From assembly GCA_964470695.1 (NCBI GenBank), contig CAYYDR010000001.1, positions 139,405 to 203,404 on the forward strand: 64,000 nucleotides of DNA, given 5' to 3'. Positions 9,706-18,959 of this stretch are shown here, one piece after another. The notes beneath the pieces were generated by a model. That model ran no database searches and had not been told where the DNA came from. It saw nothing but the letters and a program-made list of their open reading frames with translations. The position numbers and the translations under genes were made by a program. The DNA is from an uncultured Gammaproteobacteria bacterium. GTDB taxonomy: Bacteria; Patescibacteriota; Patescibacteriia; Patescibacteriales; UBA12465. Position 1 is the stretch's first letter, and the number at the start of each line of letters is the position of its first letter.

Positions 9706-11382
9706 ATGTTGAAAAATATATTTAAGCGTCAAATAAATAGCATTACTATCGCCGCGGCTTTGGTGGCTTTTTCATCACTGGCTTCGCGCTTTTTAGGCGT
9801 GGTTCGTGATCGTATTTTGGCTGGACAATTTGGCGCTGGGACAACTCTGGATATTTATTATGCTGCTTTCCGTATTCCTGATTTAATTTTTAATATGATA
9901 GTGCTGGGAGCCTTGTCGGCAGGGTTTATCCCGATTTTTACTTCGGTAATTAAGAAGATGGGAGACGGCGATGGAGCTGATGATAAAGCTAGAAATAAAG
10001 TTGATGATAAGGTCGGGGAAACTTCGTCCAATCAGGAGGCCTGGAGTTTAGCTAACAATGTTTTAAATTTTTTGTTATTAGGAGTCGGAACCTTATCTTT
10101 ATTAGGAATTATTTTTGCTCCCGCTCTAACGCGTCTTATTACGCCTGGTTTTAGTCCGGAACAGCAGGCTTTAACCGCGAGTCTAACTAGGATAATGTTT
10201 TTGTCGCCTTTATTTTTAGGCATCTCCGGCATTCTGGGGGGAGTGTTGCAGTCTTTTAAAAGATTTTTAGTTTATTCTTTGGCTCCTATATTTTATAATC
10301 TCGGTATTATTTTTGGAGCGATATTTTTTGTGAGATGGTGGGGGCTGCCAGGCTTAGCCTGGGGAGTAGTTATGGGAGCGGCTCTTCATGCCGCCATTCA
10401 AATTCCTACCGTTTATCAGCTAGGTTGGCGTTTTAAGTTAGGTATAAAATGGCGCGATATAAATACCGGTAAAATAGGCAGAATGATGATACCGCGTACT
10501 TTAGGTCTGGCCATTTCTCAGATTAATTTAGTCGTGGTAACGGCGCTAGCCTCTAATTTAGCTAGCGGCTCGTTAGCGGTTTTTAATTTTGCTAATAATT
10601 TACAATCTTTTCCGATTGGTATTTTTGGCATTTCTTTTGCTATCGCCGCTTTTCCATCTTTAGCCGCCTCCGCTTTTGATAAAGAAAAACTTATCAGTAA
10701 TTTTTCTAATACTTTCCGGCAAATTTTATTTTTTATTATTCCTTCTACAGTTCTGATTATCGCTTTACGAGCGCAAATTATTCGCGTGGTTCTCGGCACG
10801 GGCAATTTTAATTGGCAAGATACTATTTTAACGATGAACACTTTAGGCCTGTTTGCTGTAAGTTTATTTGCCCAAGCGACTATTCCTCTTTTAGTCCGGG
10901 TTTTTTATGCCCGCCATAATTCCACTACGCCGTTTTTAATTGGCATAGTAACGGTCGCTCTTAATACTATTTTAGCCATGTATTTGGCCCCTCGCTTCGG
11001 TATTACCGGCATTGCCCTCGCTTATTCTATTGATAATATTCTTAATTTTATTTTGCTTTGGCTCTGGCTCTATTTTACGGTCGGTCATTTAGATATAGGA
11101 AATATTTCTATTTCCGCCTTGAAATTAACCGTTAGTGCCTTGGCGGCCGGAGGAGCGGCCCAAGTCATGAAAGCGCTTATTTGGCCGTTTATTGATATGA
11201 CTAAATTTAGCGGCGTGTTTATTCAATTGGTAGGAGCTGGTTTAACCGGGCTCGTTGTCTATTTAGGCTTCTGTTATCTTTTGGGCAGCGAAGAGCTAGC
11301 CGGTTTCTGGTCCTCCTGGCGAAATAAGAGAGAGCTAAAGGTTTATAAGGTTGATGATCAAGGTGAAGCGCGCGGAGTCTAG
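9706..11382 (+). CDS. murJ: Lipid II flippase MurJ/MviN
   Basis: The N-terminus LASRFLGVVRDRILAGQFGAGTTLDIYYAAFRIPDLIFN is the classic MurJ signature. It is a polytopic protein of 558 aa. Confidence 0.9.
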   Translation: MLKNIFKRQINSITIAAALVAFSSLASRFLGVVRDRILAGQFGAGTTLDIYYAAFRIPDLIFNMIVLGALSAGFIPIFTSVIKKMGDGDGADDKARNKVDDKVGETSSNQEAWSLANNVLNFLLLGVGTLSLLGIIFAPALTRLITPGFSPEQQALTASLTRIMFLSPLFLGISGILGGVLQSFKRFLVYSLAPIFYNLGIIFGAIFFVRWWGLPGLAWGVVMGAALHAAIQIPTVYQLGWRFKLGIKWRDINTGKIGRMMIPRTLGLAISQINLVVVTALASNLASGSLAVFNFANNLQSFPIGIFGISFAIAAFPSLAASAFDKEKLISNFSNTFRQILFFIIPSTVLIIALRAQIIRVVLGTGNFNWQDTILTMNTLGLFAVSLFAQATIPLLVRVFYARHNSTTPFLIGIVTVALNTILAMYLAPRFGITGIALAYSIDNILNFILLWLWLYFTVGHLDIGNISISALKLTVSALAAGGAAQVMKALIWPFIDMTKFSGVFIQLVGAGLTGLVVYLGFCYLLGSEELAGFWSSWRNKRELKVYKVDDQGEARGV

Positions 11383-11464
11383 GGGTCGTTGACCGGTCAG
11401 CTAAAATCAATTAAGATAAGGTTAACTTAGCCGGTTTTTAATGAATTTTTATTAATTTACAAAC

Positions 11465-13300
11465 ATGTCAGAAATCAGTAAAACTAGAAATTTTTGTATC
11501 ATTGCCCATATTGACCATGGCAAGTCAACTTTAGCTGATCGCATGCTAGAAATTACTGGCACGGTTGAGAAGCGGAAAATGAAAGACCAGATTTTAGATG
11601 GCATGGATATTGAACGAGAAAGAGGAATAACTATTAAGCTGCAGCCCGTGACTATGAATTATAAGGGGTATCAGCTTAATTTAATTGATACTCCGGGTCA
11701 TGTGGATTTTTCTTATGAAGTTTCCCGGTCTTTAGCGGCGGTAGAAACGGCCGTCCTATTAGTTGATTCCACTCAGGGGATTCAAGCTCAAACATTAGCT
11801 AATCTTTATTTAGCCTTAGAACAGAATTTAACTATTATCCCCGTCGTTAATAAGATTGATCTGCCGGCTTCTGATGTTGTTAAAACTAAAAAAGAAATTA
11901 TTGAGCTGCTTGGTTGCCGTGAAGAAGAAATCATCTGCTCTTCTGGTAAAACGGGCGCCGGAGTGGCGGAAATACTTGATGCGGTTATTAATCTTAGCCG
12001 CGAACCGCAGGTCCCGACCATATTAGGGCGAGAGGCTAATGGCCCGGATTATCCGCGCGCTTTAATTTTTGATTCCAAATACGATACTTATCGCGGTGTA
12101 GTCGCCTATGTTAGGGTATTTAATGGGACTTTAAGAAAAGGCGATAAGATAAAATTATTATTTACTCAGATTGAAAGTGAAATATTAGATTGTGGCGTTT
12201 TCAAGCCAGATTATTTTTCTACTGGAGAATTAACGACAGGGGCAATTGGCTATGTTATTACTGGTTTTAAGGCCGTTGCTGATTGCCGCGTCGGAGATAC
12301 ATTAACAGCTAATCAAGGATTATCCGGTTCCGTTCATCTGTCGCCTTTGCCCGGTTACAAGGAAGTTAGACCCATGGTCTTCGCTGGGATTTTTCCGCGG
12401 GAAGGGAATGATTTTAAAGAATTACGTGAAGCCATGGATAAATTAAAGCTTAATGATGCCGCCTTGGCTTACGAACCGGAACGATCCGATGCTCTGGGGT
12501 TTGGTTTCCGCTGTGGTTTTTTGGGCCTGCTGCATTTAGAAGTATTTCAGGAAAGATTACGCCGGGAGTATGATTTAGATTTAATAGTCACAGTGCCTAG
12601 CGTGGCTTATAAGGTTTTAAAATCCAGCGGCGAAGAAATAATTATTAGAACACCGCAGCGTTTGCCAGATCCGACTCAGGTAGATATTATAGAAGAGCCT
12701 TGGGTGAAATTAGACATCATTACGCCTAAGACATATTTGGGTAACGTTATAAAATTGGCTCAGGAAAAACGCGGTATATATAAGAATACGGAGTATATAT
12801 CGGCCGATGGTGATGATAGCCGCGTATTACTGCATTATGAAATTCCTTTGTCAGCGATTTTAACTGATTTTTATGATAAGATAAAAAGCGTCTCAGCTGG
12901 CTATGCTTCTATTAATTATGATTATTTGGATTATCGTCCGGCCGATGTCGTTAAAATGGATATTTTAGTGGCGGAAGATATTATTGAATCGCTGGCGACG
13001 ATAGTTTATCGCGATGATGCTTACCGCCAGGGGCGGGAGGTAGTAGAAATACTCAAGAATAATTTAGCTAAGCAGATGTTTGCAATTAAAATTCAGGCGG
13101 CCATTCACGGTAAAATTATTGCTTCGGAGAAAATTTCGGCGATGCGCAAGGACGTGACTGCTAAATTATACGGGGGTGATGTGACCAGAAAACGTAAGCT
13201 GCTTGAGAAGCAGAAAAAGGGCAAAAAGAAAATGATGGCGGCCGGCAAAGGCAGCGTTGAAATTCCACCCGATACTTTTGTTAAAATTTTAAAGAGATAA
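11465..13300 (+). CDS. lepA: Translation elongation factor 4 (LepA)
   Basis: It has the GTPase G1 motif AHIDHGKSTLADR and the DTPGHVDF motif. The LepA-specific C-terminus is present (KLYGGDVTRKRKLLEKQKKGKKKM). Confidence 0.97.
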   Translation: MSEISKTRNFCIIAHIDHGKSTLADRMLEITGTVEKRKMKDQILDGMDIERERGITIKLQPVTMNYKGYQLNLIDTPGHVDFSYEVSRSLAAVETAVLLVDSTQGIQAQTLANLYLALEQNLTIIPVVNKIDLPASDVVKTKKEIIELLGCREEEIICSSGKTGAGVAEILDAVINLSREPQVPTILGREANGPDYPRALIFDSKYDTYRGVVAYVRVFNGTLRKGDKIKLLFTQIESEILDCGVFKPDYFSTGELTTGAIGYVITGFKAVADCRVGDTLTANQGLSGSVHLSPLPGYKEVRPMVFAGIFPREGNDFKELREAMDKLKLNDAALAYEPERSDALGFGFRCGFLGLLHLEVFQERLRREYDLDLIVTVPSVAYKVLKSSGEEIIIRTPQRLPDPTQVDIIEEPWVKLDIITPKTYLGNVIKLAQEKRGIYKNTEYISADGDDSRVLLHYEIPLSAILTDFYDKIKSVSAGYASINYDYLDYRPADVVKMDILVAEDIIESLATIVYRDDAYRQGREVVEILKNNLAKQMFAIKIQAAIHGKIIASEKISAMRKDVTAKLYGGDVTRKRKLLEKQKKGKKKMMAAGKGSVEIPPDTFVKILKR

Positions 13301-13301
13301 T

Positions 13302-13397
13302 ATGAAAAGAAAAAAAGTGGTTAAGACTCTCTGGATTATTCTTTCTCTGATTGTGGTTTTGTCCATGGTCGCTTTGCCGATTATGATGGGCTTTTAA
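13302..13397 (+). CDS. Possible 31-aa single-TM micro-protein
   Basis: ATG at 13302 lies 1 nt after the lepA stop, with TAA at 13395-13397. The translation is MKRKKVVKTLWIILSLIVVLSMVALPIMMGF: a positively charged head followed by one TM. Confidence 0.3.
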   Translation: MKRKKVVKTLWIILSLIVVLSMVALPIMMGF

Positions 13398-13416
13398 TTT
13401 TTAATTAAATTATTAC

Positions 13417-15240
13417 ATGAAAATTTGGCAAATATTGCCAAAAATTGATGACCAGGCTACTAAAGCTAACCCGGATGTTAATCTGGTCCTTTTGCAGTTG
13501 TTATATAATCGCGGCTTAAAAGACCCCGCCTCTATTAAAGTATTTTTGGCCGGTGATTTAGGGCCAGAACAAACCTTACAGCTTGGCCCAGAAGCTAGTC
13601 GTTTTTATGACCCGTTTTTGTTTAAGAATATGGCTGCGGCGGTTGACTTGATTATTAAGCATATTAAAGCTGGCAATAAAATAGTGGTTTATGGCGATTA
13701 TGACGCTGATGGTGTGACTTCATCGGTTATACTCTTAGAGACGTTAAGGATATTACACGCTGTGGTTGAGGTGTATTTGCCAGATCGTGTTTCCGAGGGG
13801 TATGGTTTGAATAAAGCCGCTCTTAATCAGATCGCTGCCCAGGGAGTTAAACTAATTATTACGGTTGATAATGGGATTAGAAATAAAGCGGAGGCGGCTA
13901 TTGCCAAAAAATTAGGCTTAGATATTATTATCACCGACCATCACATCTTGCCGGAAGAGATTAAGGACTTGCCGGAGTGTTTATATATTAATCCTTCCGA
14001 TCAGAATGATAATTATCCTTGGAAATATTTAGCCGGCGTAGGCGTTTCTTTTAAATTAATCACAGCTCTTTTGGCCAAGTCTAATTTATCTGATAATCAG
14101 AAACAATTAATTAGTGAGCGCTGTTTAGATTTAGTCGCTATTGGGACGGTGGCTGATATGGTTAGTCTTTTGGGTGAAAATCGTCAGTTAGTAAAGAAGG
14201 GTCTGGAAATATTAAATCAAAATCGCCGCTTGGGACTAAATGAGTTAATTAAAGTCGCTAAGATTAATGGCGGCCGGAGATTAGAGGCCTGGAATATTGG
14301 TTGGCAAATCGGTCCTCGCTTAAACGCCGCTAGCCGTCTGGCTCACGCTAATAGCGCCTTTGCTCTTTTAACGACTACCGATGAGAATGAGGCTAAAGAA
14401 TTAGCCAGTGAGCTTAACGCGCGCAATATCAGCCGCCAGCAGATTACTGAAGAAATTAGTTCACAAGTTGAAGCCCAAATAGATCCTAATAATTTACCAT
14501 TAGTCATAGTCGGGCTCGCCGGCAGCGACCAAATTTGGAATGAGGGCGTTATCGGTTTAGTGGCGGGCCGGATTGCTGAAAAGTACTATCGTCCGACTTT
14601 AATTATTACCCGTCTTATTGAAGAGGCCGAATTTGATGTTGAGGCTAAAAAATTAGTGCCTAAGAAGGTGTCATTTAAGGGCTCCGGGCGCTCTGTAGAA
14701 GAATTTAATTTGATTGCCGCGATTGAGTCATGCGCTGATTTATTAGATAAATACGGCGGGCACCCAATGGCTTGCGGGTTCTCGGTCAAGGAAGAGGGAA
14801 AACTACAAGAATTCCGTGACCGCTTATCGGAGTTGGCCGCTAAAGAATTAGATCCGGCTCTTTTGGTTCCTAAATTAAAAATAGAAGCAGAATTAGGGCT
14901 GGATGTTATAAATTTAGAGTTAGCCGACCAAGTTAATCAGCTCGCTCCCTATGGCCAAAACAATCCTCAGCCTCGTTTCGTCAGCTACGGTTTGCGCCTG
15001 GATGACATAGTGACCATGGGTTTTGATAACCAACATATTAAACTGCGTTTATCATCTCCCGCCGGAGAAGAGGGGCGAGCCAAATCGGTTTGGGCCTTAG
15101 CTTTTGGCGCGGCTCAAGAATATCAAAATTTTAAAGTTGGCGACGTCATTGATCTAGTTTATTATTTAGAGGTAAATGAATTTAACGGACGCCGCGAGCC
15201 GCAGTTAAAAATCGTGGATATTAGATTGGCAAAAATATAA
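13417..15240 (+). CDS. recJ: Single-stranded-DNA-specific exonuclease RecJ
   Basis: DHH-family motifs are present: VVYGDYDADGVTS, ITVDNG, ITDHHI and GGHPMACG (DHHA1). Confidence 0.93.
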   Translation: MKIWQILPKIDDQATKANPDVNLVLLQLLYNRGLKDPASIKVFLAGDLGPEQTLQLGPEASRFYDPFLFKNMAAAVDLIIKHIKAGNKIVVYGDYDADGVTSSVILLETLRILHAVVEVYLPDRVSEGYGLNKAALNQIAAQGVKLIITVDNGIRNKAEAAIAKKLGLDIIITDHHILPEEIKDLPECLYINPSDQNDNYPWKYLAGVGVSFKLITALLAKSNLSDNQKQLISERCLDLVAIGTVADMVSLLGENRQLVKKGLEILNQNRRLGLNELIKVAKINGGRRLEAWNIGWQIGPRLNAASRLAHANSAFALLTTTDENEAKELASELNARNISRQQITEEISSQVEAQIDPNNLPLVIVGLAGSDQIWNEGVIGLVAGRIAEKYYRPTLIITRLIEEAEFDVEAKKLVPKKVSFKGSGRSVEEFNLIAAIESCADLLDKYGGHPMACGFSVKEEGKLQEFRDRLSELAAKELDPALLVPKLKIEAELGLDVINLELADQVNQLAPYGQNNPQPRFVSYGLRLDDIVTMGFDNQHIKLRLSSPAGEEGRAKSVWALAFGAAQEYQNFKVGDVIDLVYYLEVNEFNGRREPQLKIVDIRLAKI

Positions 15241-15250
15241 ATAAAATAGT

Positions 15251-15655
15251 ATGAGCAAATTAATTATTTATACCGATGGCGGCGCGCGCGGTAACCCTGG
15301 TCCAGCTGGCATTGGCGCGGCTATTTATGACGATAAACATCAGCCAGTTGCCGAAGTTTCTCAGTATTTAGGAGTAGCCACTAATAATCAGGCGGAGTAT
15401 AAGGCTTTAATAGCCGCTTTAGGCAAAGCGCAGGAGCTAGGCGCGACTGAGCTGGAATGTTATCTAGATAGTGAGTTGGTTGTTAAACAATTAAACCGTG
15501 AATATAAAGTAAAAAACAAGGACTTAGCGCCCCTGTTTTTAATGATTCATAATTTATCTCTGAGTTTTAAGAAAATCAGTTATCGGCACATACCGCGAGA
15601 GAGGAATAAGGAAGCGGATCGGCTAGCTAATGAAGCGATGGATAGGGGGCGTTAA
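15251..15655 (+). CDS. rnhA: Ribonuclease HI
   Basis: IYTDGGARGNPGPAGIG, NNQAEYKALI and NKEADRLAN supply the DEDD catalytic residues in type-1 RNase H spacing. Confidence 0.9.
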   Translation: MSKLIIYTDGGARGNPGPAGIGAAIYDDKHQPVAEVSQYLGVATNNQAEYKALIAALGKAQELGATELECYLDSELVVKQLNREYKVKNKDLAPLFLMIHNLSLSFKKISYRHIPRERNKEADRLANEAMDRGR

Positions 15656-15673
15656 TTACACGCCCCTTTTTTT
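15646..15673 (+). terminator. Putative rho-independent terminator for rnhA, embedded in the 3' end of the convergent gene
   Basis: Stem GGGGCGT (15646-15652) pairs with ACGCCCC (15660-15666), followed by a T-run (15667-15673). The hairpin overlaps both stop codons. Confidence 0.5.
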
Positions 15674-16818
15674 AATATTCCCGCGCCAGTATTAGCGTTA
15701 GCGTCTTTTATTGAGTTTCCGCTCCAAATATCAATTCTTCTGCCCTTGATTCCACCCCCAGTGTCTTTAATAGTATAAGTTTTCCCTTTAAAGCAGACCT
15801 TGGTTCCGGGCGGAAGATTGGTCTGGCAGTTGCTAGGGCCAGCAATATCACCGATTTGCGGCTCGCCGCCACTGGACATGGCATTACAATAAGGGACGTT
15901 AGAAGCGAAATATTTACAAGGCTTATAACCAGGGTAAGTTTTTCCGTATAAGAAATCACAATTTTTAGTGGTATCTCGGTCGTCGCCGTTAGGGCAGGAA
16001 CACTGCATTCCGATATCGCAAAAGAATTTTTCGGTATTTTCCCAAGCTGGTTTATAGTATCCAGTGGCATAAAACTCTATACCGTTAGTTAGTTCTTGAT
16101 CGGTAGCGCAAGTCGCATTTTTATAAGTCTCGGCCTTAGAACCGTGTCTAGCTACCGCCAGCGTATTAGCAAGTTCGGCCATTTCAATGTTTCCAATGCT
16201 AATCGGGTTAAGCTGTATTAAGTTAGGGTTAATTTGGACTAGGATGATATAAGAGGAGCTAAGAATAATTAGTCCAGTAATGCTGCCAAGGATGAGTTCT
16301 TTGGCTTGGGTAATCTTAGAAGCGTCGCCGCTAGATACGAGCCATAAGACGCCGCCCGCCATTAGAACTATGGCCGCTAAAATACCGGCGACACTTAATC
16401 CATAATTAAAAATAGCTAAGATATATTCTGATAACCAAGGAAATTGGTAGAAACGGCTTCCGTCTGAATTCTCGCTGTATTTAATGGAAGAGGTTGGCGT
16501 TAATGTTAAGCCGGGAATAGAAATTTGTAATTCGGGCATGATGAATTTCGGCGGAGTTGGCGCTTTTGGTTCAACATAAACACTCCCAGGACAACAACAA
16601 GACATTGGAGTCTGGAAGCCGCCTAGTGGGACTGGCGGTAAGGCCGGGCATTTAGTTGTAGAGTCGCTATGTTCGTTGTCTTGGCATGATATTTTTCCGG
16701 CTGGGACAGAATAAATTACTCGCCAAACACAATTAGTATCAGTGGTCTGAGCTATAGCCATGTGCACAGGAAGAAAATAAATTGATAGGAAAAAGATGAT
16801 AACGATTATTTTTTTCAT
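15652..16818 (-). CDS. Secreted Cys-rich protein with a VirB2/TrbC-like TM hairpin core and a C-terminal 3D (MltA/RlpA-like lytic) domain
   Basis: It has a signal peptide (IYFLPVHMAIAQ) and a CCC motif. The two-helix core is YGLSVAGILAAIVLMAGGVLWLVSSGDASKITQAKELILGSITGLIILSS. The C-terminus YATGYY...TIKDTGGGIKGRRIDIWSG matches the 3D-domain pattern. Confidence 0.55.
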   Translation of the reverse strand: MKKIIVIIFFLSIYFLPVHMAIAQTTDTNCVWRVIYSVPAGKISCQDNEHSDSTTKCPALPPVPLGGFQTPMSCCCPGSVYVEPKAPTPPKFIMPELQISIPGLTLTPTSSIKYSENSDGSRFYQFPWLSEYILAIFNYGLSVAGILAAIVLMAGGVLWLVSSGDASKITQAKELILGSITGLIILSSSYIILVQINPNLIQLNPISIGNIEMAELANTLAVARHGSKAETYKNATCATDQELTNGIEFYATGYYKPAWENTEKFFCDIGMQCSCPNGDDRDTTKNCDFLYGKTYPGYKPCKYFASNVPYCNAMSSGGEPQIGDIAGPSNCQTNLPPGTKVCFKGKTYTIKDTGGGIKGRRIDIWSGNSIKDANANTGAGILKKGACN

Positions 16819-17690
16819 ATTTTATATCTTTTGATATTATTTTCTACTGATTTTTGAATGAGTTCTACATCGGCTGGTTTAAGATGTTTAAAGCGCCCCT
16901 GTTTTTTTAAATATTCTTCCACCGGTTTGGGGGTAAAATTAGCGCTGATGCTGGAGGCGCTTAATCGCCCATTAGTATATTCTAACAGCGGGTATAATCC
17001 GGTTTGAGCGGCCAGCTTGCCCATCATTACTCCTTCATCATTGCCGATTTTCCAGCCGGGCATACAAGGAGATAATATCTGGATATAGCTTGGGCCATCA
17101 GTCGCCAGAGCTTTTTTTATTTTATTAGTTATATCATCGGGAAATCCGGCTGTAGATTGGGCAACGTATTTTAGTCCGTGTGCTAAAGCAATGGCTAGCA
17201 TATCTTTTTTTACTTGGGTAGAACCGATTGCCTCTGAGCCTTGAGGAGAGGTAGTAGTATTAGCGCCGTAAGGTGTCGCGCCCGAGGCCTGGATGCCGGT
17301 GTTAGAATAGGCCTCCGTGTCATAACAGATATATAAAATATTTTCGCCTCTTTCCCACATGCCGCTGATAAGCCCGATGCCGATGTCGTAGGTGCCGCCG
17401 TCGCCACCTTGTATCACTACTTTGGTATTCTGATCATTTTTTTGTTTGAGGGCGGCCTTAATGCCGGAGCCGACTGAAGAGGCATTCTCAAATAACGAGT
17501 GTATCCAGGGGAGTCCCCAGGCACTTTGTGGATAGGCCGTGGTAGTTACTTCTAAACAACCAGTCGCGTTGGCAATAATGACATTTTTATTTAGACCACG
17601 CATCACCGCCTGAGCCGCCACTAGTTGGCCGCAACCAGCGCAAGCATTGTGCCCGGGAGCCAGAAATTTTATAGGTTTTTTATCACTCAT
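16815..17690 (-). CDS. porB: Pyruvate/2-oxoacid:ferredoxin oxidoreductase, beta (TPP-binding) subunit
   Basis: PGHNACAGCGQ and the TPP motif GGDGGTYDIGIG are present. At 291 aa it is typical of PorB. Confidence 0.9.
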   Translation of the reverse strand: MSDKKPIKFLAPGHNACAGCGQLVAAQAVMRGLNKNVIIANATGCLEVTTTAYPQSAWGLPWIHSLFENASSVGSGIKAALKQKNDQNTKVVIQGGDGGTYDIGIGLISGMWERGENILYICYDTEAYSNTGIQASGATPYGANTTTSPQGSEAIGSTQVKKDMLAIALAHGLKYVAQSTAGFPDDITNKIKKALATDGPSYIQILSPCMPGWKIGNDEGVMMGKLAAQTGLYPLLEYTNGRLSASSISANFTPKPVEEYLKKQGRFKHLKPADVELIQKSVENNIKRYKI

Positions 17691-17702
17691 AATCTTTATT
17701 TA

Positions 17703-18959
17703 TTAGTAGCAGCAATATAGCCCGGTTCCACAATCTCGCCCGCCAGTATCAGGCGTTTTATTATTATCACAAGTTACATTATCGGAGAATACTGCATTTA
17801 TAATGAGACTTGGTATGAGAACCGGATTAGGGACGGATGAGGTTGTTTTGAGATGGGCTTCTGTAGTACACTCCCCGCCGTTAGTTCCACACGGCTCGCC
17901 TTCCTTGCCATCATTTTCATAACATTTTCCATTATAGCAATAGTAATTATCATTCATATTATAGCAGGTATCGCCGTCTTTAACTGAAGTGCAATCAGCC
18001 GTAACATTGAAGCAGTCCGCTACTCCAGCGCAACGCTGGTTTTCTAAGAAATCTCTGATACCAGTTACGCCGGTCTGAGTAAACGGACAATTTGGTTTAA
18101 TGGTATCAACGCAGCTAGTGTATTTATCACTAGGGTTGTGATGGCTAGCAGTTGTGTAAGCGCAACACCCTTCAATTTCACATTTTGTGCCGTCAGAATT
18201 TTTTCGGGCATTAGTTATAAATGTGTCCGGCGTTTTACATTCATTCTCACTAGTCATTTTTGCGCTGCCAGACGATTGGCAGCAGCCGAAAATTAAAACA
18301 TCAACATACTTTGTCCTGATTGATTTCATGGCTAATAGGTCGGGGTTAATAGTATTAAGGAGCATCCAGGAGCCAAATAGAATAACCATGCCGGCCAAGC
18401 TGCCAATAATCAGTTCTTTAGCTTGGGTAATTTTAGAATCATTGCCGTTTGAAACTAGCCACAAAAGTCCGCCGCCCATTAAAACAATAGCCGCCAGAAT
18501 TCCTACCACGGCCATGCCGTAATCATAGAAAGCTTTTACATATCTGGCTAAAAGATCACTAGTCATTACTCCCCCCTGGAAGCTGCCGACCGCCGTTGAA
18601 CTACCCTGTTCGTATTTAATGCCGGGCATTGGTATCTGCGGCGTAAAGTTTAGAGGGGTATAATCGCTATTTATGGAAGTATTTTTTTGGGTAGTATTGG
18701 TTTTTTGGTAAGTGGTGGCCATAGCCGCGCAGCAGCAGATGCCAGGGCCGGTTTTGTTGCATTTATTAGGAGTAGTGTTATCTTGTTTTTCTGAGCTTGA
18801 ACAGGCCGTAGTTGTATTTAGTCCGCCTACCCAGCGGCATTCAGGATGCTGGTTATAGGTTGTTACCATCTGAAGGTTTGTTTGAGCGAGCGTTAAACCG
18901 GGCAGTAGTAAACAAATAACTGAAAATAAGGCCAACGTTGTTATTTTTTTCGTGGTCAT
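17703..18959 (-). CDS. Secreted, extremely Cys-rich protein with a VirB2/TrbC-like TM hairpin core (paralog of 15652-16818)
   Basis: It has a signal peptide (LLLPGLTLAQ) and a CCC motif. Its core YGMAVVGILAAIVLMGGGLLWLVSNGNDSKITQAKELIIGSLAGMVILFGS is near-identical to that of the paralog. The C-terminal ~200 aa are packed with Cys and match no domain I recognise. Confidence 0.5.
   Translation of the reverse strand: MTTKKITTLALFSVICLLLPGLTLAQTNLQMVTTYNQHPECRWVGGLNTTTACSSSEKQDNTTPNKCNKTGPGICCCAAMATTYQKTNTTQKNTSINSDYTPLNFTPQIPMPGIKYEQGSSTAVGSFQGGVMTSDLLARYVKAFYDYGMAVVGILAAIVLMGGGLLWLVSNGNDSKITQAKELIIGSLAGMVILFGSWMLLNTINPDLLAMKSIRTKYVDVLIFGCCQSSGSAKMTSENECKTPDTFITNARKNSDGTKCEIEGCCAYTTASHHNPSDKYTSCVDTIKPNCPFTQTGVTGIRDFLENQRCAGVADCFNVTADCTSVKDGDTCYNMNDNYYCYNGKCYENDGKEGEPCGTNGGECTTEAHLKTTSSVPNPVLIPSLIINAVFSDNVTCDNNKTPDTGGRDCGTGLYCCY

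Noticed and set aside
11383-11464. The palindrome TGACCGGTCA and a nearby AGCCGG-TTTTT element after murJ, considered as a terminator
   Set aside because: The perfect palindrome has no loop. The alternative long-range stem (ACCGG..GCTAA / TTAGCCGGT) needs a bulge and a ~20-nt loop. It is too weak to call, although some termination before lepA is possible.
15708-18522. ORFs 15708-16070 (-), 17210-17407 (-) and 18187-18522 (+), which overlap the pilin-like and porB genes
   Set aside because: They are alternative-frame or antisense ORFs inside longer ORFs that carry clear signal peptides, TM cores or TPP motifs. They have no motifs of their own.
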